In this document: piece by piece, positions 1 to 11,742 of the stretch
Layout of the letters: each line of letters begins with the position of its first letter
Position numbering within the stretch: the first letter of the stretch is position 1
Assembly (NCBI GenBank): GCA_951406725.2
Contig: OX597820.1
Coordinates: 65,534,001 to 65,598,000, forward strand
Reading direction: 5' to 3'
DNA: 64,000 nucleotides
Source of the DNA: Octopus vulgaris
Taxonomy: Eukaryota
Made by a program: the position numbers and the translations under genes
Notes under the pieces: generated by a model
Told to the model about the DNA's origin: nothing
The model's database searches: none
Seen by the model: only the letters and a program-made list of their open reading frames with translations

Positions 1-155
1 CAGTCGTTCATACACACACTCGCACACGCATACACAGTCAAGCACACACGCATAAACATTCACACACTTATATATACATAGAGAGAAAGAGCGAGAGTGA
101 GAGAGAGACAGAAAGACAGAAAATAAAGAGAGACAAATATATACATGCGACATAT

Positions 156-205
<50 letters not shown>

Positions 206-206
206 A

Positions 207-239
<33 letters not shown>

Positions 240-245
<6 letters not shown>

Positions 246-1894
246 CGACTAAACGCACGCACCCTATTAAGTAAGATTGTTCTGTTTATCAAGTTCGCCT
301 TGATATTAACTCTCACGCGACTCTGCATCTTTCTTTCTTTCTCTCCCATTCCCTTTCTCGTCTTTTTTCCCTCACTTAACTTGTCTCTTCCTCTCTCTCT
401 CCCCCTACTGTTCTTCATGGTCTCCTCGCACCATTCCCCTTCTTCTCTCTCTTCCTCTTGCTCCTTCTACCCCATTCCCGTCGTCCATCTGCGACGAACT
501 TCCGTCGTAACTGCTATCCCGTCTTTTCTCACCTGCCTTCTAAGGCCACTGGTCGACATCTTCCTCTCTCGTCGTCCACTATAATCCAGCGTTTGCAATA
601 CTTTTTTCGTCTGGCGTTAACAGCCCTTCTTATCTTGTTCTCCTTGTCCTGTCTCTCACTGTTATATATTTATTTTTCCACTGTTTATATATATTTTTTA
701 CTGTTTATATGTTTGTACTGTCGTTACCGTCTTGCTTTTTTTACCCCTCTGCGACAAGATCTCAGAATTTTAATTGATTTGCTTTTCGCAGGAAGGAATT
801 TTTCATTCGAAGTATACGTCTCGCTTTTATCCTTTGAAACGTTTAGTAGATGAAACTTTAGCGACTGAAGAAGGGGATTTTTCGTTGTGCTTATTGTCCT
901 GTATCTCCTTTTTTTGCTTGTCTTGTTCCTTGGTTTGTGTCTATGTTTTTCGTCTCTCTATGTGTTCGACGTCCTTTTGGTGTCCTGTACACATATATGC
1001 GTGTATATGTACATGTAGAGGTAGGTACGTACATATATGTTTATATATATGCATATATTTTATTAACATATTATACGACTAAACGCACGCACCCTATTAA
1101 GTAAGATTGTTCTGTTTATCAAGTTCGCCTTGATATTAACTCTCACGCGACTCTGCATCTTTCTTTCTTTCTCTCCCATTCCCTTTCTCGTCTTTTTTCC
1201 CTCACTTAACTTGTCTCTTCCTCTCTCTCTCCCCCTACTGTTCTTCATGGTCTCCTCGCACCATTCCCCTTCTTCTCTCTCTTCCTCTTGCTCCTTCTAC
1301 CCCATTCCCGTCGTCCATCTGCGACGAACTTCCGTCGTAACTGCTATCCCGTCTTTTCTCACCTGCCTTCTAAGGCCACTGGTCGACATCTTCCTCTCTC
1401 GTCGTCCACTATAATCCAGCGTTTGCAATACTTTTTTCGTCTGGCGTTAACAGCCCTTCTTATCTTGTTCTCCTTGTCCTGTCTCTCACTGTTATATATT
1501 TATTTTTCCACTGTTTATATATATTTTTTACTGTTTATATGTTTGTACTGTCGTTACCGTCTTGCTTTTTTTACCCCTCTGCGACAAGATCTCAGAATTT
1601 TAATTGATTTGCTTTTCGCAGGAAGGAATTTTTCATTCGAAGTATACGTCTCGCTTTTATCCTTTGAAACGTTTAGTAGATGAAACTTTAGCGACTGAAG
1701 AAGGGGATTTTTCGTTGTGCTTATTGTCCTGTATCTCCTTTTTTTGCTTGTCTTGTTCCTTGGTTTGTGTCTATGTTTTTCGTCTCTCTATGTGTTCGAC
1801 GTCCTTTTGGTGTCCTGTACACATATATGCGTGTATATGTACATGTAGAGGTAGGTACGTACATATATGTTTATATATATGCATATATTTTATT

Positions 1895-1899
<5 letters not shown>
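240..1899. repeat. Direct tandem duplication, 2 x 830 bp, flanked by (TA)n
   Basis: TTATACGACTAAACGCACGC starts at 241 and 1071. The ORFs at 458-853 and 1288-1683 are identical. (TA)n lies on both sides. Confidence 0.95.
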
Positions 1900-1965
<66 letters not shown>

Positions 1966-2045
1966 TTGATACTTTGATAGATTTCGGCCATTATTGGCCC
2001 AGGCCATATCTAACTTAATAGCACCACCTGGTGAAGTCTTTCAAG

Positions 2046-5000
2046 TCAGAATTTGGGCACTATGGCCCACTCAAGTAGAGAGTTATTGTTTACAGAGACA
2101 TATCCGGGTGTAGGGGGTTTATCCGGGATTTCTTGAAGGAATCTGTCCCAAGACTTCTTGAACCCTATAGGGTCAGTTTCTGTTTTAATGTGTTTTGGTG
2201 TAATGTTAAAGAGAGCGGGGCCAATTGAGGTGAAATAATTGTGCCGTATTGTTGTTATGAGATGAGAGTGCGATTTTTGTTTTGGGCGGATGGCACGGGG
2301 CCCAAGCCTTGGATGTACCTTAAAGGTGATGCCAACATCATTTGGGCAATGCTGATGGAATATTTTCCACATCATGCAGATGATGTAGCGCTCACGACGA
2401 CGTTGGAGAGAATAGAGTTTTAGCTTTTCTAGTCGACCCCAATAGTCGAGGCCTGTCATGCCATCTATCTTTTTTGTGATTGCCCTTTGAGGTGCTTCGA
2501 CTTTTATGATACCTTGTATTGTGTGGGGAGACCACAGTGGACAACAGTATTCAAGGTGGGGTCGGGCAAAAGTGGAGAAGAGAAGGATAATGGTGTGGAT
2601 ATCTCTCGACTGGAAAGTTCTGAGAATCCAGGAACACATTCTGCGGGCCATGTCAACTTTGGTGTTTATATGAGTGGCCCAGCTTACGTTGTTGTCCACA
2701 ATTACTCCCAAGTCTCTGATGTTGTTGGACGCCGCGAGAGTTTCACCTGAAGGAAGGGAGTATGGGAGTTTCAGGGCATCCTCTTTTCCAAAGTGGATTA
2801 GCTCAAATTTATCCTCGTTCAGCAGCATATTGTTTTTTTCTGCCCATTGGATAACAGCCAGTAGATCTGACTGAAGGCATGTCCGGTCACTCGCCTCATT
2901 TATGACCTTCTGTAGCTTGGAGTCATCTGCAAAGATTTTTATGTTGCTGTGCTTGATGATGTCATTAATGTCATTAATGTAAATGATGAAAAGAAGTGGG
3001 CCCAGCACAGTGCCTTGCGGAACGCCACTACTGACTTTGGCTGGGCTTGATTTTACCCCTTCAACTACAACATGTTGAGATCTGTCTGTCAGGAAACACT
3101 TAATCCATTTCAGTAACTTTCCAGAGACACCAATGTTGGATAGTTTTTTCAATAGGATCTTGTGATCGACCCTGTCGAAGGCCTTACTGAAATCAAGGTA
3201 GATGACATCGGTGTTGGAGGCCTCTCCCAAAGCTCTCAAAATGTCCTCAAAGTGATGCAGGAGCTGCGTTAGGCAGTCCCTTCCATTACGGAACCCATGT
3301 TGGTTGGAGATCAGCCGTCTGTTGCTTTCCAGAAATTGGGTTATTTGAGATCTCACCACCCTCTCAAATACCTTGATGATATGAGAGGTGAGTGAGATCG
3401 GACGGTAATTCACTGCAAGGGACTTGTTTCCCTTTTTGAAAACTGGGACAACAGACTGGGACAGAAGGTTTTTTGGAATATAGCCAGCATCCAGTGAGTT
3501 TCTCCACAGATTAGCAAGGGGAGATACAAGTTGGTGTCGACACACCTTCAGGACACAAGCAGGGAACCTATCGGGGCCTACTGCTGAATTGTGTTTTATT
3601 TCGTTTATCGCCGCTAAGACATCAGGGGCACTAAACGTTATGTCCGATATAGTGTGTTGGGGGTTGACATCACTGATACAGCCCAGATCGGCCATATCAG
3701 GATTGCTGAAAACAGAGCAGTATTGTTTCTGCAGTATCTCGGCCATGGATTTGGCATTATCTTGGAGAGTGCCAGTTTCGTCAATTAGAGGGCCTACAGT
3801 GGAGACAGTGACCCTGTGTTTCCTCGCAAATGAAAAGAACACTTTGGGGTTGAGTTTGATTTTTTCAATGGCCCACTTCTCCTCAGCTGATCTTTGGTTA
3901 TTGATGAGGGACTTCATGCATTGTTGGAGGTTATATTTTTTGGATTCAAGCAGTGCGATAGCCGTCGAATGTGTGTGTTGCTGTTGGCAGTACTTTAGTT
4001 TGTTAATTTTTTTGTTTGTTCTTTTTATTTTTCTGATAATGGTTTTTCTGTTTTGGGGGATTCTGCACTTTTTGTTCACAGGTCTTGGTGGGGAGTGTTT
4101 TGCACATATGTCTGTGACGGTGTCTACAAAGATCTGCCAAGATGTTTTATGGTTGGTGGAGATGTGTGTATGTGTAAAGGACCAGTCAACATTTGATAGC
4201 TCGTTCCTGATTGCATCCCAGTTGGCTTTATGGAGATCCATGTTGTCAAATGGGTGGGCTGGAGGAAGGTCACTAGGATTAGCTTTCGGCTGGTGGAATT
4301 TCATGTTACAGAGAACCATGTCATGGTCTGAAAGAAGGGTTTTTTCCACTGTAACGTTATGTATAGTGTTAGTGTGGTTACTAAACACTAGGTCCAAAAT
4401 GTTCTGATGTCTTGTTGGTGCAAGGACAAGTTGGGACAAGAAAAACTCATTCGTAAAGTCGAAAAGTGACTCTGCTGCTTCTTTGTCAGCGGTTGAGGCG
4501 GGAGTGCTTGGTTTCAAACAGTTTGTAGTCCAGTCAACACAGGGTAGATTGAAGTCTCCCATCATGAGTATGTTGCTAGAATGGCACTGTTGAATAAAGC
4601 ACTTAATGCTGTTGAGGCATTCTTTAAAGCACAGTATGGGTGTTTGGGGCGGCCTATAGAGCCCAATTACTGTCAGATCATTGGCTTTGTTGTGCACGGT
4701 GACTGATTCACAGTAGCCGTTGGAGAATATACTATTTCCATCTGCCGTAAATGAATCATGCAGGAAAATGGCAGTTCCACCCTTCCTCCTGCCGATACGA
4801 TCCGCGCGGATGGTTGTGAAATTCTTCACTCCCACTTCGGCTTCCAAGTGGGAGTTGTCAAGGTGGGTCTCAGTGAGAATGAAGAAAGGGATGTGGTGTG
4901 AATGGTTACCAACCCAGTCTTCAATGAATTGGACCTTCCATTTTTGTGCATTGATGGAAGGGCTGACACCTTGTGCATTGAGTAGGAATGTGGAGGTTAG

Positions 5001-5285
5001 TGTAGTGGCTGGTTTTGACTGTTGCAGGGGGCTTGGATTTTTTGTGTGTGTTAGTGGCAGCAATGTGGGGAATTGGTGCACTGGGGTAATAGCATAGGAT
5101 GGTGTTGAGTGATGGCTAGAATGTTTTTGTGTATCTCTTTTGCCATGTTCAACATGGCTAAAAAGAATTTTCCTGCTTAGGGAGCAGTTTTTGGCTGGAG
5201 GTGTGGTTGCACTGTTGGATAGGGTTGTAGTTTCCACTTTTGTTGTTGTTGTTTTTGTGTCTTCCTGAAAAGACTGGACCAGCAT
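2046..5285 (-). CDS. LINE ORF2: apurinic-like endonuclease + reverse transcriptase, 1079 aa, uninterrupted
   Basis: APE motifs LNAQG, LTETH, LYRPP, MGDFNLP, LDLVF, SDH. RT motifs YRPISLTS, QHGFR, YLDFSKAFD, GVPQGTVLGPLLF, FADD, DLGV. Confidence 0.97.
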   Translation of the reverse strand: MLVQSFQEDTKTTTTKVETTTLSNSATTPPAKNCSLSRKILFSHVEHGKRDTQKHSSHHSTPSYAITPVHQFPTLLPLTHTKNPSPLQQSKPATTLTSTFLLNAQGVSPSINAQKWKVQFIEDWVGNHSHHIPFFILTETHLDNSHLEAEVGVKNFTTIRADRIGRRKGGTAIFLHDSFTADGNSIFSNGYCESVTVHNKANDLTVIGLYRPPQTPILCFKECLNSIKCFIQQCHSSNILMMGDFNLPCVDWTTNCLKPSTPASTADKEAAESLFDFTNEFFLSQLVLAPTRHQNILDLVFSNHTNTIHNVTVEKTLLSDHDMVLCNMKFHQPKANPSDLPPAHPFDNMDLHKANWDAIRNELSNVDWSFTHTHISTNHKTSWQIFVDTVTDICAKHSPPRPVNKKCRIPQNRKTIIRKIKRTNKKINKLKYCQQQHTHSTAIALLESKKYNLQQCMKSLINNQRSAEEKWAIEKIKLNPKVFFSFARKHRVTVSTVGPLIDETGTLQDNAKSMAEILQKQYCSVFSNPDMADLGCISDVNPQHTISDITFSAPDVLAAINEIKHNSAVGPDRFPACVLKVCRHQLVSPLANLWRNSLDAGYIPKNLLSQSVVPVFKKGNKSLAVNYRPISLTSHIIKVFERVVRSQITQFLESNRRLISNQHGFRNGRDCLTQLLHHFEDILRALGEASNTDVIYLDFSKAFDRVDHKILLKKLSNIGVSGKLLKWIKCFLTDRSQHVVVEGVKSSPAKVSSGVPQGTVLGPLLFIIYINDINDIIKHSNIKIFADDSKLQKVINEASDRTCLQSDLLAVIQWAEKNNMLLNEDKFELIHFGKEDALKLPYSLPSGETLAASNNIRDLGVIVDNNVSWATHINTKVDMARRMCSWILRTFQSRDIHTIILLFSTFARPHLEYCCPLWSPHTIQGIIKVEAPQRAITKKIDGMTGLDYWGRLEKLKLYSLQRRRERYIICMMWKIFHQHCPNDVGITFKVHPRLGPRAIRPKQKSHSHLITTIRHNYFTSIGPALFNITPKHIKTETDPIGFKKSWDRFLQEIPDKPPTPGYVSVNNNSLLEWAIVPKF

Positions 5286-6303
5286 TACTGCAGCATGGTG
5301 TGTTTCTATTTTTATTGTTATTCAGGTTTGTGTGTTGGCTTGAGGCCCCGTTTCTGTTTGTGCGTCGGGTCCCTGGAAGATGAGTGAAGGGACAGTCACT
5401 CAGTAGACATGTTCTCTCACGTTGGGAATACCGGCAGATTTTGGGACTCCGAGTTGTGTGTGTTTTGAATTTCGATTTACTATTTGGTGGTGTTGATGTT
5501 ATTGTGGGATGCGTGCTTTGGCCTTGGCCGGTAGTGCGTCTAGTGCCGGGTAGATGCGTGAAGATGCAGTCACTATTTGTGCAGAGTCTCTGGCGCAGTG
5601 AATAGCGGCATATTTGGGGATTTCTTGTTTGTGCCGTGGGGGGCGCATTCTGCTTCCTATGTTTCTTTAAGTTTTTGTTACTGCAGTAGTATTGAGGTGG
5701 TGATGTGGGGGAAGAGGGCAGTGGTTTCTTATTTGGTTTTCTGTTGGTATTTTTGGTGATAGAAGACGATGGTGGCAGCGGTGGTGATGATGATGATGAT
5801 AATTGTGGTGGTTGCTGTGAGAGCGGTGAAAAGATACTGGCATTTAGTGAATCGTCTAGTAAGCTAGAGTTGAGGAGTGGCTGTTGTTGTTCTTGTTGCT
5901 GTGGCTGTTGTTGTTCTTGTTGCTGTGGCTGTTGTTGTTGTTGTTGTGCCTGACCGATGTCAGGGTCAGCCATTGTGCTAGGAACCAGGAGTGGCTCATT
6001 CTGTTGTTGTTGTTGTTGTGGCTGCTGATTTTCTAGCTGTTGTTGTTCTTGAACTGTGAAAATATGTAGAAGCTTTTCATAATGGCCTCTTATCAGTTTG
6101 AAAGATACTTCGATATGTTTCAACTTGCTACGAATCTGTTTGACGGATCGTGTGTTGACCACTTGTGATGTTTTTTCGGCAATCTCATTCAAACACAAGA
6201 CATTTAGATTTTCTGTTTGGGAAAGAGAGAGCCATGTGTTTATTAAAACATCAATTTCGTTATCAGACCAATTTCGTCTGTTGCAGGCCTGCAAGTTAGT
6301 CAT
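5158..6303 (-). CDS. LINE ORF1, 381 aa: putative Myb/SANT-like N-terminus, Q/S/P-rich linker, two C-x8-C-x4-C-x3-H zinc fingers
   Basis: Lies upstream of ORF2 on the same strand. Contains RRNWSDNEIDVLINTW...RSVKQIRSKLKHI, and CRYSLRQRLCTNSDCIFTH and CRYSQRERTCLLSDCPFTH, each followed by LPGTRRT. Confidence 0.85.
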   Translation of the reverse strand: MTNLQACNRRNWSDNEIDVLINTWLSLSQTENLNVLCLNEIAEKTSQVVNTRSVKQIRSKLKHIEVSFKLIRGHYEKLLHIFTVQEQQQLENQQPQQQQQQNEPLLVPSTMADPDIGQAQQQQQQPQQQEQQQPQQQEQQQPLLNSSLLDDSLNASIFSPLSQQPPQLSSSSSPPLPPSSSITKNTNRKPNKKPLPSSPTSPPQYYCSNKNLKKHRKQNAPPTAQTRNPQICRYSLRQRLCTNSDCIFTHLPGTRRTTGQGQSTHPTITSTPPNSKSKFKTHTTRSPKICRYSQRERTCLLSDCPFTHLPGTRRTNRNGASSQHTNLNNNKNRNTPCCSNAGPVFSGRHKNNNNKSGNYNPIQQCNHTSSQKLLPKQENSF

Positions 6304-6624
6304 GTTTGTTTTTCTTTTGTTTGTTTTCCTTTTGATTTTTGAAAATATATATATTCTTTCTTGGGAGTTAAAGAAGTGTATATATATATAAATGTTCTCT
6401 CTTAAGGGTGTGAGTTTTTGATTATTTGGTTGTTTGAGGATATTAAAAGAAAAACAGGTGTATATAACAATTTGTAGTTAAATGAAAACGTACTTACGGG
6501 TTTGTAGGCAAACACGTGGTTACAAATATATATATATTTAAGGTCAGTTAGATTTGAAGCTGTGTAGCTTGCTACTGACTCGGGAGAGAAACAAATAGAC
6601 GTCCGTCCAGTTCAACAGTTAATC

Positions 6625-6673
<49 letters not shown>

Positions 6674-6861
6674 TGAATGAATTATCCTATGTTTATCGTC
6701 AGCATGGAAAATTCGTTTAACCGAAACCTGGGTAGCAAATTCACGTCAGAACACACGGTTGAAGCGACCTGTCAAGGGTAGAAACTACGGGTTCTTGTGT
6801 AGAAATTTGTGTTGTATATGAATAAATGAAAGAATGGAGTCGAACGAAGATGTTAACAAAA

Positions 6862-6958
6862 TTCCTTTACTCTCGACACATGTTTCGAAGACGGCATATT
6901 TTTATTCCGAAGGAATAAAAGGTGCATTATGCAATCTTCTCATCAGGAAAGATAAGGA
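6862..6958 (-). ncRNA. Type I hammerhead ribozyme (pLTR copy, sense to GIY-YIG)
   Basis: Minus strand reads CUUUC-CUGAUGA-GAAGA...UCUUC-GAAAC-AUGU-GUC-GAGAG. Stems I and II pair. Confidence 0.85.
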
Positions 6959-7500
6959 GCCTCTCTCAACTACAAGACGAACAAAAATTTCGATGATTGC
7001 CTACATGGTGACCACAGCGATAATGAGTGTTTTTTTAAAAAAACCGTTATAAGCATTGATGTCAAAAATGGGTAGAAGGAGGAAGTAAAAATAGGTAGGG
7101 GACAGTATGTCTGCTGTATGTATGGAGATGTGCAGTTGCGTGCTTGTGTTAATGAGTGCGAGTGTTTGTGTGTGTGTATGTGTGTGTGTGTATGTGTGTG
7201 TGTGTGTGTGTATAACTGCATTTGTGTCTGTGTGTGTGATTGTGTGTGTGAGAGAGAGACATACGTCAAATATACGTAGTAGTAAGGGGAAAATCTGTGT
7301 CTGTGTGTTTGATTGTGTGTGAGAGAGAGAGAAACATACGTCAAAGATATGTATTAGCAATGGAATATATAAAGGAGTAATAGGTAGGGAAGAGGAAGTG
7401 AACGTTAACTGAAAGAATGTTTGGAGGCATAGGAAAGAATTTCTCTATGGCAGTGGTGTGGACGTGAAGCTAATTGTTAAAACTACAGTGGCTATCTTTA

Positions 7501-7890
7501 TCATTTATATGAGTGGAATGTGTGTTTCTGCCAATGTTTACATTTATACGATTTTTCTATGAGTGTGTTTACTAGGGGAACCTTAGCGAAAAGAATATGG
7601 AAGAGCTCAGAGTTACAAATGTTACAAAAACTTCTGCCCTTATCAAAAGGAAAGGATACAAACAATATGAACCAATCCAACTTGAAAGTCATATTGTTTT
7701 TAAGACGCCAAACTAATTTACTTAGCCCTGTACTATGCCGTTTTTTCCTATCTCTGAATGTCGAATAGTGATTAGAAATTCTCTTGGATAACTGAGAAGT
7801 TGTCGCACCTATATAGAAGAAGAAATCGGTACCGGAAGAAATTCTACACTGGTAAATGGAATTCTTAATTTTGGAATTACTGGACAAAAA
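7501..7890 (-). pseudogene. GIY-YIG endonuclease C-terminal fragment of a Penelope-like element
   Basis: SIYQC...YIGATT...KRISNHYSTF...TGLSKLVWRLK...W..L...CNICNSE...I...VN...CKH. The upstream RT is replaced by the inverted repeat. Confidence 0.85.
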
Positions 7891-7999
7891 ATTTGACGTC
7901 AATGCTTATAACGGTTTTTTTAAAAAAACACTCATTATCGCTGTGGTCACCATGTAGGCAATCATCGAAATTTTTGTTCGTCTCGTTGTTGAGAGAGGC

Positions 8000-8096
8000 T
8001 CCTTATCTTTCCTGATGAGGAGATTGCATAATGCACCTTTTATTCCTTCGGAATAAAAATATGCCGTCTTCGAAACATGTGTCGTGAGTAAAGGAA
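8000..8096 (+). ncRNA. Type I hammerhead ribozyme (inverted pLTR copy)
   Basis: CTGATGA at 8012-8018, stem II GGAGA/TCTTC, GAAAC at 8072-8076, GTC at 8081-8083. Stem I has one U-U mismatch. Confidence 0.75.
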
Positions 8097-8135
8097 TTTT
8101 GTTAACATCTTCGTTCGACTCCATTCTTTCATTTA

Positions 8136-8182
<47 letters not shown>

Positions 8183-8201
8183 ATATATATATATATGTAT
8201 G

Positions 8202-8313
<112 letters not shown>

Positions 8314-8630
8314 GGCGCGTGGCTTAGTGGTTAGGGCATTCGGCTCACGATTGAAAGGCCGTGAGTTCAATTGCCGGCGACGCGTTGTGTCCTTGACCAA
8401 GATACTTTATTTCACGTTGCTCCAGTCCCCTCACCTGCAAAAATGAGTTGTACCTGTATTTCAATGGGCGGGCCTTGTCACACTCTGTGTCACGCTGAAA
8501 CTCCCTGAGAACTACGTCAGGGGTACACGTGTCTGTGGATTGCTCAGTCACTTGCACGTTAATTTCACGAGCAAGCTATTCCATTGATCGTATCAGCTGG
8601 GACACTCGTCGTCGTAACCGACGGAGTGCT
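8314..8630 (+). mobile_element. tRNA-derived SINE, family B
   Basis: A-box TGGCTTAGTGG and B-box-like GAGTTCAATT. Body shared with 40565, 61175, 37041 and 14942. Confidence 0.85.
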
Positions 8631-9826
8631 CCTATATATATATAAAGAAGAGATGGAATGAAGAAATTATACATTCCTTGTGTTTCTCATCTACATTCTG
8701 TGACCTTATATAAAAATTTATTCAATGATTGAACTTCAGATTTGCGAATTGGACATTCAGAGAAAACTAATTTTCTGGGATATGTGGATTACAATAGCTT
8801 TCACACTTTGCTTTAGATAGTCAAGTTTGATCCCAATAGCGTGGTTTATATATAGTTTTGTCTGGCTTTTTATCTCTCTTCTTTCCTGTTGACTGTATTT
8901 TATTTAAAGATATAGCTTTAATAATTTCTGACCAGAGTGGCCTCCCTTAAACATTTTCCATTGATAACGTCTAAGGAGATAGAAACATTGATCTCTGGGA
9001 ATCGTGGTAGATTGCAACACTGGAGTAATATCGTGTTTTTACACCTTTTTACCATAAGAGAAAATTTTATCCCCGGCAACTATAGGGAATGTACCTTTTA
9101 GCAGTTGAAATACATGACAAACGTATTTTAATTAATATATGCAAAAATTAAAACAATAAAAAGACAAAAAAGATTATCTTATCAACGTCATTAGCTTACT
9201 GCTATTTCTGCGATAAGATGCAGTTGACTCATACAGCAGCCATGCTTCCATTTGCCACATCGCTATTTCGGCAACGTAAACGAATCAGCACAGATCATTC
9301 ACCTGTAGATTGTAAAAAATAAACACAAATACAAATATATTAACAGATACGCGCAAATACACACAGAGGCTCAAATGCAGACACACACAAACACAAATGC
9401 ACTAACATATATTTATATATATATATTATGTTACATTTACATATATACATACACACAAATTCATAATTTATATGCTACAAAGGATTACAATATCTGCGAC
9501 TAGAAAAATCTACAAAATTTTTTAAAGATTTAAAAGGTGATGGTTGTGAGAAGGTACTTTCCTACACAACATTGCAACCAAGTAGGTGGCCTGTGAAACT
9601 TTACTTTGAAATTACAATAGTAAAAAAGAAGAACATACATACATACACTCACTCAAACACACACACATACATGCAAACATACATACATGCTTACATACAT
9701 ACATATATGTCTAGCTATGCAACTATATGCTTGAGAAGACATGCATAAAACAAAACATACAAATCTACACTTATACATACATACGTACATACGTAGGTAC
9801 ATACACGCATGCACACATACATGCAT

Positions 9827-9923
<97 letters not shown>

Positions 9924-11603
9924 CATATATGCAAAGTACCTTGCCGTTGTGGTTGAAATTCCAATGAAGGAGCCTTGGATCTATGTTAGAAACTGGCTCT
10001 TTCTCTATTGGCAAGAAATCTTGATGTAAATGACATACATATATACATGACATACATACATGTATCCATGCAACATATTTTAACTAACCTAAAAGTTATG
10101 CTTAACAGTATACACACACACACACACACACACACATGTATAGGCATGCATACATACAGATCTTACTATATTTTGGCTCACGAGTAATTTAGTATTTCAT
10201 GGACATTGTAAATTTTATAGTTCATTGAAGCTAAATTCTCCACTTTTGCCTTGAGATTCACTCTAAAACAGTGGGAGCTGTTATGTTTCGGTTAATTATT
10301 ATTTCATATTTTATGCCTGTATATGTTTATGCATGTATACGCACATACACACGCACGCACGTACATAATATAGATAGATAAATAGACAGACAAATAGACA
10401 GACAGACAGACAGCTAGATAGATATATAAATTAAACGAAAATGAGGTAAAATAACTTGAATCGATCGGTGGCATGTATTTGAATAATATAGAGACATACT
10501 TGTATGTCAAGAAAATCTTGACGTATCAAAATTATCTCACCTTTACAGGATATACAATAATTACCGAATAGAAATTCTAATCAGCTTTACTAGAGAAGGG
10601 GAGATAATATCTAGATCTAAGTTTTCTCCAAACCTGACAGGCCAATGAGAAAAGGGACTGGCTTATTGACTGGTGATAAGAAGACACTCAAAGATCCATG
10701 TTTCTGGTTCTGAACCTTCACCAGCACGACAATTTTGCAATCTTATCTTTAGCACCCAAGATACTCAGACTTATACAAAACTAAGTAAAAAAAAAAAAAC
10801 AGTAATATATAGATGTGTATCGACCTAAACATTCTGCATTTCTATGTACGTATCTAAGTATACATCTATCGACATTTATATGTGTGTGTGTATGTATGTG
10901 TATATGTGTGTCGCATTGTTTCTCACGGTGTTTGCAAAGACAGAGCGAGAGAGAGAGAGAGAGAGGGGGAGGGAGAGAAAGAGAATATCTTTTATCAATC
11001 ACTTGTTGTAGGCGAAATTAAGAGGTCTTCTTGTCAAAAGAGGTATGATCTTATTTGTATTCTCCACATATGAAATTCTGTTTCCATTACACACACACGC
11101 GCACTTTTCCGCGCTCACACACACACACATGCGCAAGCAATCAAACACACGCACACACACACATATATAAAAGGCGTATATTCTATATTATGGTAAAAAT
11201 ATATGTAAGCACAAACACGTACATGAATGCACACATATGCGCTCAAATGTGCACATACGTACTCAAATAAACAATATATATATATACGTGTTTATATATT
11301 TATATGTGTAAGATTATATTCATACACATACACACACACACACATATATATGTATCTATATTTGGCTGTCTGTGTAAGTATATGTCTAAGAGTATAAACA
11401 CACACACACGTATAGTTATATATATATGCAGATACACATACATAAATATGTATATGTGTAAACTATATATTCATTTATAGGTGTGTATGTATTATATCCG
11501 TTTGTAAGCCTGTTTGTCTTTTCATTTCATCTTTATGTTTTGTGCATCTAAAAATCTACTAGTTGTACCAATGTGAGTGTATGTTTGTGTGTATGTATGA
11601 GTA

Positions 11604-11655
<52 letters not shown>

Positions 11656-11693
11656 TATGATTAGACATTGACCTATATATCTCTAGCGCCATC

Positions 11694-11742
<49 letters not shown>

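Larger units (their letters stand above)
1963..6627 (-). mobile_element. Full-length non-LTR retrotransposon (LINE, CR1/L2 group) inserted in (TA)n
   Basis: About 320-bp 5' UTR, ORF1, overlapping APE-RT ORF2, and a short 3' UTR ending in a short tandem tail (TCAAGTA)x2 on the minus strand. (TA)n on both sides. Clade assignment is from the RT C-terminal style (LYSLQRRRERY) and the tail type. Confidence 0.9.
6672..8143 (-). mobile_element. 5'-truncated Penelope-like retroelement with inverted pseudo-LTR
   Basis: GIY-YIG fragment at 7501-7902 (-). About 250-bp inverted repeats at 6815-7066 and 7892-8143, each containing a hammerhead. (TA)n on both sides. Confidence 0.85.

Noticed and set aside
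2241-6391. Plus-strand ORFs, including 272 aa at 3589-4407
   Set aside because: Antisense shadows of the LINE ORFs with no recognisable motifs.
6834-8124. Twin 72-aa ORFs (MESNEDVNK...) on opposite strands
   Set aside because: A by-product of the inverted repeat. They run antisense to the hammerheads and show no protein motif.
8314-8390. tRNA genes at SINE heads (also 32076, 40565, 29561)
   Set aside because: A and B boxes are present, but there is no complete cloverleaf and each continues into a shared SINE body.
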